A stretch of 64,000 nt of DNA, taken from NCBI GenBank assembly GCA_963717145.1, contig OY970325.1:992001-1056000 (forward strand). Direction: 5' to 3'. A program made the position numbers and the translations under genes. Origin of the DNA: an uncultured Armatimonadetes bacterium. GTDB lineage: Bacteria > Armatimonadota > UBA5829 > DTJY01. Of the stretch, positions 38,934 through 48,790 are shown piece after piece; within the stretch, counting starts at the first letter, position 1; each line of letters opens with the position of its first letter. A model generated the notes under the pieces. It saw only the letters and a list, made by a program, of their open reading frames with translations, did no database searches and had not been told where the DNA came from.

Positions 38934-39789
38934 ATGGCATCCAAGGTTCTGACCATCCTCGAGATGATCAAGTTCGAGCATACCGTTTTCGCGCTCCCGT
39001 TCGCACTCACGAGCGCGCTGCTTGCGGCCAACGGTATCCCTTCCGGTCGGGTCCTCTTGTGGATCCTGGTAGCGATGGTTGGCGCGCGAAGCTCGGCGAT
39101 GGCGTTCAACCGGATAGCCGATCTGCACTACGATCGCCTGAATCCAAGAACCGCACAGCGCGCGCTGCCGAAGGGGATTCTGAGAGTCGGTGATGTCTGG
39201 CTCTTTACGATGGCATCCGCGACGGTGTTCGTCTTCGCCTCGAAAGATGCTGAACACTCTGGCATTCGCTCTGTCACCAGTCGCGCTGCTCGTCATCCTT
39301 GGCTATTCTTACACGAAGCGGTTCACGTCGCTCTCTCATCTCGTGCTCGGACTGGCGCTCGGGATCGCTCCCGTCGGCGCATGGATCGCCGTCACCGGGC
39401 GGCTCGATTTCGCGCCGATGGTGTTGTCGGCGGCGGTGATGTTCTGGACAGCGGGCTTCGATGTCATCTATGCCCTCCAGGACCTGGAGTTTGATCGCGA
39501 GCATGGCTTGTTCTCGATCCCCAAGGCGCTCGGACCGGCAAGGGCGCTGCAGATGTCCCGTGTCTTCCACCTGGCGACCGTCGGCCTGCTGGCCTGGTTC
39601 GGGGTGGTGATTGGATTGGGAACGACCTATTGGATCGGCATCGCGTTCGTCGGCGTTCTGCTCGCCTACGAGCAGAGCCTGGTCAAGCCGGATGATTTCA
39701 GTAAGGTCAACGTGGCATTCTTCAATACGAATGGACTGGTCAGCATCGGGTTCCTCGGATTCACGATACTAGATATCATTGCGCGCTAA
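38934..39789 (+). CDS. UbiA-like prenyltransferase (MqnP type); one apparent +1 frameshift near 39243
   Basis: IKFEHTVFALPF, AMAFNRIAD..DRLNPRT in the first frame; YSYTKRF, GFDVIYALQD in the second; extra A in TCGAAAGATG. Confidence 0.85.
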
Positions 39790-39842
39790 AAGAGATGCGG
39801 AAGACGACCAGACCACAGGCAAAGGGAGAAGGTAGACACCAC

Positions 39843-40265
39843 ATGGCGCTGTTTGGGAAGAGCAAGACGGACGAGTTGATGACGAGAACATATGTTTTGG
39901 TTGCTAATGCTAGGGCGCGGCTGTTGCAAGCGGACGCCCTCCGCCAGTACCGAAGCCAAGTCGTAGCTCGGGCTACTTGGCTGAAGGCCGACGAGCTCAC
40001 GGAGATGGAGGAAGCTCTCCGAAAGTATGCGTTTTCACTGATCTCTGCTGTATCAAGAGAGGTAGGCGAGCTTCTGTCGGTCAGCAGTCGCCCATTTCTG
40101 AACATGGCCATACAGCCGAAAGAGGAGATGGGTATGCTATCTAGCACGTATGGTAAGGCAGCCTCTCAGATAGCGCGTGCTGTTCGCGACTTCGATGATA
40201 CGGACTCAGGCGTCCCATCTGCCGCGGAGGTGCTTAGCTGGTTACTTCCGGAGACGAAGCGTTAA
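39843..40265 (+). CDS. Hypothetical protein
   Basis: ORF fills the gap within the operon; no recognisable motif; atypical codon usage. Confidence 0.5.
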   Translation: MALFGKSKTDELMTRTYVLVANARARLLQADALRQYRSQVVARATWLKADELTEMEEALRKYAFSLISAVSREVGELLSVSSRPFLNMAIQPKEEMGMLSSTYGKAASQIARAVRDFDDTDSGVPSAAEVLSWLLPETKR

Positions 40266-40298
40266 GCTATATGCGAGCAAGGGACCACAGGTGTTTAG

Positions 40299-41393
40299 AT
40301 GACATTCCTAGCTGCTGGGTCAGACATTGGTGACATAGTAGCCAAGGTAGAGCGCGGCGAGCGACTCTCCTTCAAAGATGGCGTCCGGCTCTTAGCCTCC
40401 AACGATCTGCTCGCGATCGGGTGGGCGGCCAACCTCGTGCGCCGACGGCTGAACGGCGACCGCACCTACTACATCGTCAACCGGCATATCAACTACACCA
40501 ACGTTTGCCGGAACCGATGCCGCTTCTGCGCGTTCTCGGCGAGTGACGGTGAGCCCGGCGCATACACGATGAGCATCGAGGAGGTTGTCCGGAAGGCCGA
40601 GGACGCCCGACAGGACACCGACTTCACCGAATTGCATATCGTCGGCGGCCTGCACCCCGATCTGCCGTTCAGCTACTACACCCAGATGCTCTCTGAACTG
40701 AAGCGCCGGATGCCGGACGTTCATCTCCAGGCGTTCACCGCGGTGGAGATCGATCATCTCGCGCGGATCGCCGGTCTGAGCATCACGGAAACGCTGACGC
40801 AACTCCGAGATGCCGGCCTCGGATCGCTTCCCGGCGGCGGCGCGGAGGTGTTCGCTCCCAGGATTCGGCAGGAGCTGTGCGCCGAGAAACTTTCGTCGGA
40901 GGGCTGGCTCGACGTCATGAGGGCGGCCCACGAGCTTGGCATCAGATCGAACGCCACGATGCTCTACGGGCACATCGAGACGGCCGAGGAGCGCGTCGAT
41001 CACCTCCTCAGGCTGCGGCAACTGCAGGATGAGACAGGCGGCTTCCTGACGTTCATCCCGCTCGCGTTCCATCCCAAGGGTACCGACCTCGAGGGAATTC
41101 GCAAGCCATCGGGGATCGACGACCTGAAGATGATCGCCGTCAGCCGCCTGATGCTCGATAACTTCCCGCACGTGAAGGTCTTCTGGATCATGCTCGGGGT
41201 CAAGCTCGCGCAGGTCGCCCTCCACTTCGGCGCCGATGATTTCGATGGCACGGTCGTCGAGGAAAAGATCACCCACGCGGCGGGCGCCGAGACGCCCGAG
41301 GGGCTATCGGTGACCGAGATCCTGCGTCTGATCTCCGAGACCGGCACCGTTCCCGTCGAGCGGGATACGCTTTACAATGAGGTGAAGAGATGA
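40299..41393 (+). CDS. mqnE: Aminofutalosine synthase (radical SAM)
   Basis: NYTNVCRNRCRFCAF, ELHIVGGLHP, PGGGAEVF, SNATMLYGHIE, FIPLAFHP, DGTVVEEKI. Confidence 0.9.
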   Translation: MTFLAAGSDIGDIVAKVERGERLSFKDGVRLLASNDLLAIGWAANLVRRRLNGDRTYYIVNRHINYTNVCRNRCRFCAFSASDGEPGAYTMSIEEVVRKAEDARQDTDFTELHIVGGLHPDLPFSYYTQMLSELKRRMPDVHLQAFTAVEIDHLARIAGLSITETLTQLRDAGLGSLPGGGAEVFAPRIRQELCAEKLSSEGWLDVMRAAHELGIRSNATMLYGHIETAEERVDHLLRLRQLQDETGGFLTFIPLAFHPKGTDLEGIRKPSGIDDLKMIAVSRLMLDNFPHVKVFWIMLGVKLAQVALHFGADDFDGTVVEEKITHAAGAETPEGLSVTEILRLISETGTVPVERDTLYNEVKR

Positions 41394-42190
41394 AGATCGG
41401 CGCGGTTCCATATCTGAACGGCAAACCCCTGGTACACGGGCTGGATCGCGAGCCGGGCATCGAGTTGATCACCGATGTCCCGTCGAAGCTGGCCTATATG
41501 CTCAGGAATCGGGAGATCGCCGCCGGGTTGGTCTCGGTCTTCGCGTGTTTCGACAATCCCTCGCTGGAGATGGTCCCGGGGATCAGCATCTCGTGCGACG
41601 GCCCGGCTGACAGCGTCCGGATCTTCCTGAACAAGCCCATCGGGGATGTCCGCACGGTGGCGCTCGACACCAGCTCACTGACCTCAGTGATGCTGGCTCA
41701 GATCATCCTTCGCGAGTGCTATCGGCTTGCGCCGGAGTTCGTTTCGATGCCGCCTGACCTCGACCTCATGCTGGATCGATGTGATGCGGCCGTCGTCATC
41801 GGGGACACGACGATGACCGCACCGCTCGACAAGTGGCCGACCCTCGATCTCGGCGAGGAGTGGCGGAACCTCACAGGGCTGCCGTTCGTCTTTGCCGTTT
41901 GGGCGGTGAACCCCGAGATGGCGACCCCAGGGCTCGTTGACACACTCACACGGGCCAAGCAGCACGGGATGCGGTCGCTCCATGAGATCAGCGAATCCGA
42001 GTCGAAGCGGCTCGATCTGCCCCGTGAGGTCTGCCACAGGTATCTGAGTGAGATCATGAGCTACGACCTCACAGAGAGGCATCTGGAGGCGCTCGAGCTG
42101 TTCAGGCGGAAGTCGCTAACGTTGAGACCGGGACTCCGCACGGACCCGGTGCCGGTATTTGGCATGCGGAACGGGATCGGGCCGGGATGA
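41390..42190 (+). CDS. mqnA: Chorismate dehydratase
   Basis: IGAVPYLNGKPL, SLTSV, IGD, DLGEEW..TGLPFVFAVW. Confidence 0.92.
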   Translation: MKIGAVPYLNGKPLVHGLDREPGIELITDVPSKLAYMLRNREIAAGLVSVFACFDNPSLEMVPGISISCDGPADSVRIFLNKPIGDVRTVALDTSSLTSVMLAQIILRECYRLAPEFVSMPPDLDLMLDRCDAAVVIGDTTMTAPLDKWPTLDLGEEWRNLTGLPFVFAVWAVNPEMATPGLVDTLTRAKQHGMRSLHEISESESKRLDLPREVCHRYLSEIMSYDLTERHLEALELFRRKSLTLRPGLRTDPVPVFGMRNGIGPG

Positions 42191-43260
42191 GAGAATGCAC
42201 TCCTATACTGGAACGGACTCTCTCAGGCGAGCGTCTCACTGATGGGGATGCCCTGGCACTCTTTGAATCCGGCGAACTGCTCGAACTCGGTCTCGCAGCA
42301 GATGCCGTCTGCCGACGCATGCACCCCGAGCCGTACCGAACATACGTAGTCGATCGGAATATCAACTACACGAACATCTGCACATCGAAGTGCCGGTTCT
42401 GCGCCTTCTGGAGGGATGCGGATTCGTGTGAGGCATATCTGCTCCCCGATGAGGAGATACACCGCAAGATCGATGAAGCTGTCAGCCTCGGTGCGACTCA
42501 GATTCTCATGCAGGGCGGCTTGCATCCCGATCTCAGCATCGAATGGTACGAGCGGCTGGTCAGCGGCATCAAGGAGGGGTTCGAGATCGACCTGCACTCG
42601 TTCTCACCGCCGGAGATCGTTCACATCGCCGGGTTGTCCGGTCTGAGCATCGAGGACGTCATCGTTCGTCTGAGGGATGCCGGTCTCGACTCGATACCGG
42701 GGGGTGGGGCGGAGATTCTGACCGATTCGAGCCGAGGGAACATGAGCCCCGGCAAGTGTACCGCGCATGAATGGCTCTATGTCATGGAGGCCGCGCATGG
42801 CCTCGGAATGCGGACGACCGCCACCATGATGTTCGGTCAGACCGAGACCCTTGCCGATCGAGTGGAGCACCTGACCAGAATCCGCGCGCTTCAGGACCGA
42901 ACCGGCGGATTCACCGCTTTCATCCCGTGGACGTTCCAGCCGGCGAATACCGACCTCGGCGGGCACGCGATCGGTGGGTACGAGTACCTCCGCACACTGG
43001 CGATATCGAGGCTCTTCCTCGACAACGTTGCGAACGTGCAGGCATCGTGGGTAACACAGGGAGCGAAGATCGGGCAGATCGCGCTCAAGTTCGGCGCGAA
43101 TGACCTCGGCAGCACGATGATCGAGGAGAATGTCGTCGCGGCGGCCGGAGTCTGTTTCCGCATGAGCGAAGAGGAGCTTCGAGAGGCAATATCAGGCGCG
43201 GGCTTCATCCCATGCCGGCGTGACACGTACTACAATCTGATGGATGGTGGACGAATGTAG
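42187..43260 (+). CDS. mqnC: Cyclic dehypoxanthine futalosine synthase (radical SAM)
   Basis: DRNINYTNICTSKCRFCAF, MQGGLHP, TTATMMFG, FIPWTFQP, QASWVTQG, GSTMIEENVV. Confidence 0.92.
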   Translation: MRECTPILERTLSGERLTDGDALALFESGELLELGLAADAVCRRMHPEPYRTYVVDRNINYTNICTSKCRFCAFWRDADSCEAYLLPDEEIHRKIDEAVSLGATQILMQGGLHPDLSIEWYERLVSGIKEGFEIDLHSFSPPEIVHIAGLSGLSIEDVIVRLRDAGLDSIPGGGAEILTDSSRGNMSPGKCTAHEWLYVMEAAHGLGMRTTATMMFGQTETLADRVEHLTRIRALQDRTGGFTAFIPWTFQPANTDLGGHAIGGYEYLRTLAISRLFLDNVANVQASWVTQGAKIGQIALKFGANDLGSTMIEENVVAAAGVCFRMSEEELREAISGAGFIPCRRDTYYNLMDGGRM

Positions 43261-43321
43261 TGGCCGTGCCTCTGTGCCGGCCATGCCACGCCGATGGCCG
43301 GCACAGAGGCACGGCCACTAC
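43257..43321. repeat. GTAG REP doublet overlapping the mqnC stop codon
   Basis: GTAGTGGCCGTGCCTCTGTGCCGGCC ... GGCCGGCACAGAGGCACGGCCACTAC. Confidence 0.88.
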
Positions 43322-43353
43322 ATTTCGTCCGTTAGGCAAGCGAGGTTTGCATT

Positions 43354-44226
43354 ATGTCTGACACAATCGCAATCATCGGCGGGAGCGGCGCATATGGCCT
43401 GCTGCAGAGCGGCGGCTTCGCCGGCGAGCGAATCGGTCCCGTGGCGACTCCCTTCGGCGACTCACAGGCGGTATACAGGTGCGCGGCGTCCGACGCCGAG
43501 TTCCTGTTCCTCTCCCGCCACGGTGAGACGGGTTACACAGTCTCCGCTCCATTCGTGAACTACCGCGCCAACATATGGGCGCTCAAGGAACTCGGTACGG
43601 CTCGCATCATCGCCTGGTCAGGTCCGGGCGCCATCGACGAGTCGCTCGTCATCGGCCAGTACGTCCTCCCTGATGACTTGCTCGACGAGACGAAGCACCG
43701 CACGTACACTTTTTTTGAAGGCCTCGGCATCGGGTTCGTGAGGCAGAATCCGGTGTTCTGTCCTCAACTGCGTACATTCGCCTCGGAAATCTTCTCAGAA
43801 TTGGGTACACATTATCGCCACACGGGTATATACACTTGTACTGAAGGCCCACGACTCGAGACGCCGGCCGAGATTCGCAAGTTCAAGATGCTCGGCGGCG
43901 ACTTGGTGGGCATGACTCTGGTTCCGGAGGTGTTCCTGGCCAAGGAACTCGAGATGTGCTACATGCCGGTGTGTTATGTGACGAACTACGCGGAAGGCAT
44001 CAGGCCGAGCCTGTTCGTGCCGGGAGTGCTCTTCGAGGGCCTGCTCAGCGACGAAGAGAAACATGCGGTCGATGCCGCAGTTTCTCGGTTCCCTGAGATT
44101 GTGCATGCGTTAGTCGTAGCGGTTTCCGGGGAAGAAAGAGTTTGCGCGTGCGGGAGACTCATGGAGCGTTACCGCCGCCGAGGCGATATCGGCTCGGACT
44201 GGCGGACTTGGATCGAGCACAAATAG
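43354..44226 (+). CDS. MTAP/MTIP-family purine nucleoside phosphorylase
   Basis: IIGGSG, TPFG, FLSRHG, VNYRANIWAL, EGPRLETPAE, VGMT..PE. Confidence 0.9.
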   Translation: MSDTIAIIGGSGAYGLLQSGGFAGERIGPVATPFGDSQAVYRCAASDAEFLFLSRHGETGYTVSAPFVNYRANIWALKELGTARIIAWSGPGAIDESLVIGQYVLPDDLLDETKHRTYTFFEGLGIGFVRQNPVFCPQLRTFASEIFSELGTHYRHTGIYTCTEGPRLETPAEIRKFKMLGGDLVGMTLVPEVFLAKELEMCYMPVCYVTNYAEGIRPSLFVPGVLFEGLLSDEEKHAVDAAVSRFPEIVHALVVAVSGEERVCACGRLMERYRRRGDIGSDWRTWIEHK

Positions 44227-44245
44227 GTGCGGGAAGGTCGTTCCT

Positions 44246-47200
44246 ATGTTTATCCGACATATGAGAATTGTTCTGCTTCTTCTGACACTGATAGCCGCCA
44301 TTGGATGCGCCAATGGCGCTGGTTATACCGATACTATCGATCTTGCAGGCGATTGGCAGGTTCAGGCGCTGGACAGCAACTGGCGCGACCTGAAGGTTCC
44401 CGGCTCTCTGGAGTCGCAGATCGCCGATCTTCGCTCGTACTCCGGACAGGCCATCTACCGCAAGGAGTTACCGATCCCCGAATCATGGAGGGGCAAGCAG
44501 GTGCTCCTGAAGTTCGGCGCGGTAGACTGGTTGGCCGACGTGAGCGTCAACGGTGAGCACGTTGGCGCGCACGAGGGCGGCTACACGCCGTTCGAGTTCG
44601 ACATCACAGACCAAGTGAAGTTCGCTGAATGGAACGACCTGCAGGTGACCGTTACCGACGCCACGCCGGATCACCCGTTCGGCAACATCGTATTCGACGA
44701 GATTCCTCACGGGAGACAGGGCTGGCACGGCGTTCAGAAGCGGGATCTGGCAGAGTGTGACACTCGAGGCCGTCGAGCCGGTCAGTGTCGCCAGGATTCG
44801 CGTGACGCCGCTCACCGAGTACTCGGCCGTCTCCGCGAGCGTCTCCCTGAGCCGGCCTTCCGCTTCCGGGGAGCTGCGCCTGATCGTTCTCGGCGAAGGA
44901 GCGGCTCTTCGCACTACGGTGATCCCACTCCAAGCCGATCAGACGGACTATGAAACGGAGATCAAGCTGGATGCCCCGAAGTCCTGGACGCCGGACAGCC
45001 CTTACCTGTACAGACTTCAGGCCAGGGTGAAGATCGGGGACTACCAGATGGATCCTGAGGTCGTCGAGTTCGGGATGCGCAAGATCGAGGTGAAGGACAA
45101 CCGAATCTATCTCAACAACGAGCCGATCTTCGTGAGCGGAGTGGTCGATCAGGACTACTATCCGCTGAGCGAGTACACTGCGCCATCCGACGAGTTCCTG
45201 CGGGCCCAGTTCCAGCGCGCGAAGCACATGGGCATCAACCTGATCCGATGCCAGGCCAAGATACCCGATCCGCGATATCTCGCATGGGCCGACAGGGTGG
45301 GGCTGATCGTGTGGTACGAGATGCCGGGCTTCGGCAAGCTGACCGAGCGATCGCAGTCCCGATCGAAGGCACTGCTGACCGAGGCACTGCATCGTGACTA
45401 CAACCACGCGTCGCTCTGCATCGTCAGCCTGTCGGGCGATGGGGGAGGAATCGACTCGGGCAACGCTGAGCACCGAACGTGGCAGCGCGTGATGTACGAG
45501 AAGGCGAAGGAACTCGATCCGACGCGCTTGATCATCGACAACTCGTCGAGCGACAGCTACCACATCAAGACAGACATAGAGGACCGTGAGGACAGCACCC
45601 TGATCTCAGGAAGCCCGAAGGAGTTCGCCGGTTGGATCTCCAATCTGGTAGATCACCCGGGGGCATCGTTCTCACCGCTGGGCGACTCCGCGAGACGAGG
45701 CTGGGAGCCGCTCCTGGTCTCGAGCACCGGCAACTGGGGACTGCCCAAGATCAGCGACATCAAAAAGACTTACAGAGGCGATCCCTGGTGGTCGAGTCGG
45801 GCAGCGGCTCAGCGAAGGCCGGTGGCGTCGAACAGCGGTTCAAGGAGCAGGGGCTCGACCGCGTGTTCGGCTCGATGGATGCACTCTCCGAGGCCTGTCA
45901 GTGGCGACAGTGGGAGAGCCTGAAGTCCCGCATCGAGGAGATGCGCAGGCATCCGCAGATCGGCGGATATGTCCTCAGCGAGTTCTGCGACGTGAACTGG
46001 GAGGCCGACGGTCTGCTCGATGCCAACCGCAGCCCCAAGGTGTTCTACGACAAAGTGAGGTACGTCCAGGGCGCCGATGTCATCATCCCCGACTGGCAGA
46101 CTGTGAACTACTGGTCGGGCGCGCCGTTCTCCCTCGATGTCCTGGTCTCGCACATGTCCGGGGAGGAGTTGAAGGACTGCCGGCTCACATGGCGGCTGGA
46201 GGGATTCACTCCCGCCGGCGAGATCACGGCATCTCCGTCCTGATCTGGACGTGTCGAAGGTCGGCGCAATTAGTTTCACGTCCCATCGGTTGACAAGGCG
46301 ACGAAGGCCCGGCTGATGATGACACTCGCCTCTTCGTCGGGCCAGGTTATCGCCGAGAACTACCACGACATACTGTCTTCCCGGCTACCAGGCCCGCCTC
46401 GGGGACATCCGTTACCGTTTGGGACCCGGACGGCACGCTGAAGGACCTCCGCTCGCATCTCTCGATCTGCGGGCTACGCGGTGTTCGACGCGATGAACCA
46501 GGGGAGCAGAGTGGCGCTGACCACCGAATTCGACGACGAGGTGCGCGAACTTCGCGCTCAACGGAGGCCGCGTGATCCTCGTGGCGAACAGCGCTGACAG
46601 CATTCCCGATCTGACGAACAGCGACCTTGCCGTCATGCCCAGCGACGTTGCGGGCCCGTGGGCGGACTGGTCGAGATGCGTCATGTGGACACGCGGGGCG
46701 GGGCCGATGCGCGGGCTTTCCCTCGATGCGGTTCCCGGTTTCGAGCTTTCCGACATACGGCCGACTACCGTCTTGACCGGACTGGATGCCGCGATGAGAG
46801 GTGATGATGTATTCGCGGGCATGTTCGTCGGATGGCTGCACAGTCCGGTGGCGATCGCGGCGCAATTCAAGGCGGGTGACGGCAAGGTGCTCGCCACGAC
46901 TCTCGATCTGCTTCCCTCCTATGGAAGCGATCCGGCGGCAACGACTCTCCTCGGCGACATGATCGCTCACGCGGCCGGCAAGGATTTCAACCCGTCGCTC
47001 AAGATCGACCTGTCGCAGGTCGATGCAGTCAGTCCCGCCAGGGAGTTCGGCTCGCAGGGGCTGGCGGTTCACCACGGAGTCCCCCGATCAGGCATGGATA
47101 GAGGTCGACTTCAAGGACGATGGATGGAAGACGCACCGCCGGCGTCATCGGCACGAGCGCGAGGCCCGGGGCTCTGGTCCGAGCGGTCTGGGTGCCATCG

Positions 47201-47458
47201 GGGCTCTGGATGAGGAAGGCTGATGAGATCCAGGGCAAGGTCACGAAGGGGCGGGTGATCTACGTGAGCGACGAGCCGTTCGAGCTGTACCTGAACGGGA
47301 CGCGCATCCTCAAGGTTGGCGCGGCATCTCGACCCCAGACCTTCGATCTGGATGCGGAGACCCTCAAGCTCTTCAAGCCCGGGAACAACGTCCTGGCGGT
47401 CTCATCCCATCAGAAGCCCGGCGGCCGCAACCCCGAGATCAGCCTCAAGTACGACTGA
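44246..47458 (+). pseudogene. Secreted GH2-family glycoside hydrolase, multiply frameshifted (pseudogene or assembly errors)
   Basis: LKFGAVDW..HEGGYTPFEFD, WTPDSPYLY, FGMRKI, DQDYYP, ADRVGLIVWYE; continues across at least six frame changes. Confidence 0.72.
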
Positions 47459-47512
47459 GTCCAGGAATCTTCCCGAATGGATCGGAAGTCATAGGGAGGG
47501 TGGGGCGCGAGG

Positions 47513-47629
47513 CTATATGTCTGTCCTCTCCGCCCCTTTCTCTTTCCTTACCTGGTAAAAACACCTGAAGAATCCCGCGCGGCGTCCGATAATAAGTGTT
47601 GAACCGTTCGTAGGCAAGTAGTCGACCAT
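47513..47629 (-). CDS. Putative 38-aa small protein
   Basis: GAAAGGAGGT RBS 6 nt before ATG; MVDYLPTNGSTLIIGRRAGFFRCFYQVRKEKGAERTDI; no homology recognised. Confidence 0.35.
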   Translation of the reverse strand: MVDYLPTNGSTLIIGRRAGFFRCFYQVRKEKGAERTDI

Positions 47630-47650
47630 GGAAGTACCTCCTTTCAACTG

Positions 47651-47687
47651 GGCCCGATCCGCTTCTGCGGACCGGGCCGCTCTTTTT
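47651..47687 (+). terminator. Intrinsic terminator-like hairpin
   Basis: GGCCCGATCCGC-TTCT-GCGGACCGGGCC followed by CTCTTTTT. Confidence 0.55.
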
Positions 47688-47703
47688 GCCACCAAGCCCC
47701 GCT

Positions 47704-47760
47704 CCGGAGACCCCTCCGCAGCCCTCTCCGTTGCGGGGAGGGTTGGGGAGGGGTCTCCGG
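47704..47760. repeat. CCCTCTCC/GGAGGG-type palindromic repeat
   Basis: CCGGAGACCCCTCC..CCCTCTCC..GGGGAGGG..GGAGGGGTCTCCGG. Confidence 0.75.
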
Positions 47761-47775
47761 ACTCTCTTCCGAGCG

Positions 47776-48684
47776 TCACTTCGCGAAACGGCGGAGACCT
47801 TCTTCGAGGGCGATCCGACGGGCGTCGGCGTATTCCTCGGGGGTGATCGGGCGGGCGATGTCGGGATGGTCGGACGACTTGAACGCGGGATGGTATTGGT
47901 CCATGATGTTGACGTATGTGTCGCGGCTGATCTCCCTCGCGAGGAAGCGCATGACCTCGTGTGTGCCGGCGAGGTCGTTCGGCAGGACCAGATGCCGCAC
48001 GAGCAGGCCATACTCCGCGATCCCGCGTTCATCCACGTGGAGGTCGCCGACCTGACGGTGCATCTCCCGAAGCGCCTCCCTGTTGCGATCCCAGTAGTCC
48101 GGGACGCCCGACAGCTCCATGCCGATCTCGTTGCTCCCGTACTTGGCGTCCGGCATGTAGATATCCACGATGCCGTCGAGGATTGCGAGCGCCTCGACCG
48201 GCTCGTATCCGCCGCAGTTGTAGACGATCGGGATGTCGAGGCCGGCGATGGCGGCGATCTCCAGTGCGGCGAGGATCATCGGGAGCTGGTGAGTCGGGGT
48301 GACGAGGTTGATGTTGTGGCAGCCCTGTCGTGCGTATTCGAGCATCATATCGGCGAGGTCCTCGATGCCGACCTCCTTGGCGGCGTCCCCGTGGCTGATG
48401 TCGTAGTTCTGGCAGAATACGCACCCGAGGTTGCATCCGCCGAAGAAGAGCGTGCCCGAGCCGTGGATCCCGACGAGCGGCGGCTCCTCCCCGAAGTGCG
48501 CTCCATAGCAGGCGACGATCGGATTCGGACCTGTGCGGCATGCGCCCGTCTTGCCGGCAAATCGGTCGATCCCACACTCGCGCGGACAGAGCCGACAGTA
48601 GGGCGACATCATCTGGTATGCCGCTTCCACGCGTTCGTGGAACTCGCCTGTTCGGTGAAGCTCTCGGTACGATGGCTCGATCAT
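47776..48684 (-). CDS. PflX-like radical SAM protein
   Basis: CRLCPRECG, HFGEEP, GCNLGCVFCQNYDIS, NINLVTPTH, VRHLVLP. Confidence 0.9.
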   Translation of the reverse strand: MIEPSYRELHRTGEFHERVEAAYQMMSPYCRLCPRECGIDRFAGKTGACRTGPNPIVACYGAHFGEEPPLVGIHGSGTLFFGGCNLGCVFCQNYDISHGDAAKEVGIEDLADMMLEYARQGCHNINLVTPTHQLPMILAALEIAAIAGLDIPIVYNCGGYEPVEALAILDGIVDIYMPDAKYGSNEIGMELSGVPDYWDRNREALREMHRQVGDLHVDERGIAEYGLLVRHLVLPNDLAGTHEVMRFLAREISRDTYVNIMDQYHPAFKSSDHPDIARPITPEEYADARRIALEEGLRRFAK

Positions 48685-48712
48685 GTGACTAACACCGCAT
48701 ATCCCCTGGGCG

Positions 48713-48781
48713 CAGAGGAATGACCCTCACCCCAACCCTCTCCCTTTGAGGGAGAGGGTTGGGGTGAGGGTCATTCCTCTG
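48713..48781. repeat. Perfect CCCTCACCCC/CCCTCTCCC palindromic repeat
   Basis: CAGAGGAATGACCCTCACCCCAACCCTCTCCCT plus its exact reverse complement. Confidence 0.9.
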
Positions 48782-48790
48782 GGGCAGCCT

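Noticed and set aside
39235-39250. Programmed frameshift in the ubiA-like gene
   Set aside because: No canonical slippery heptamer; a single extra A is better explained as an indel error
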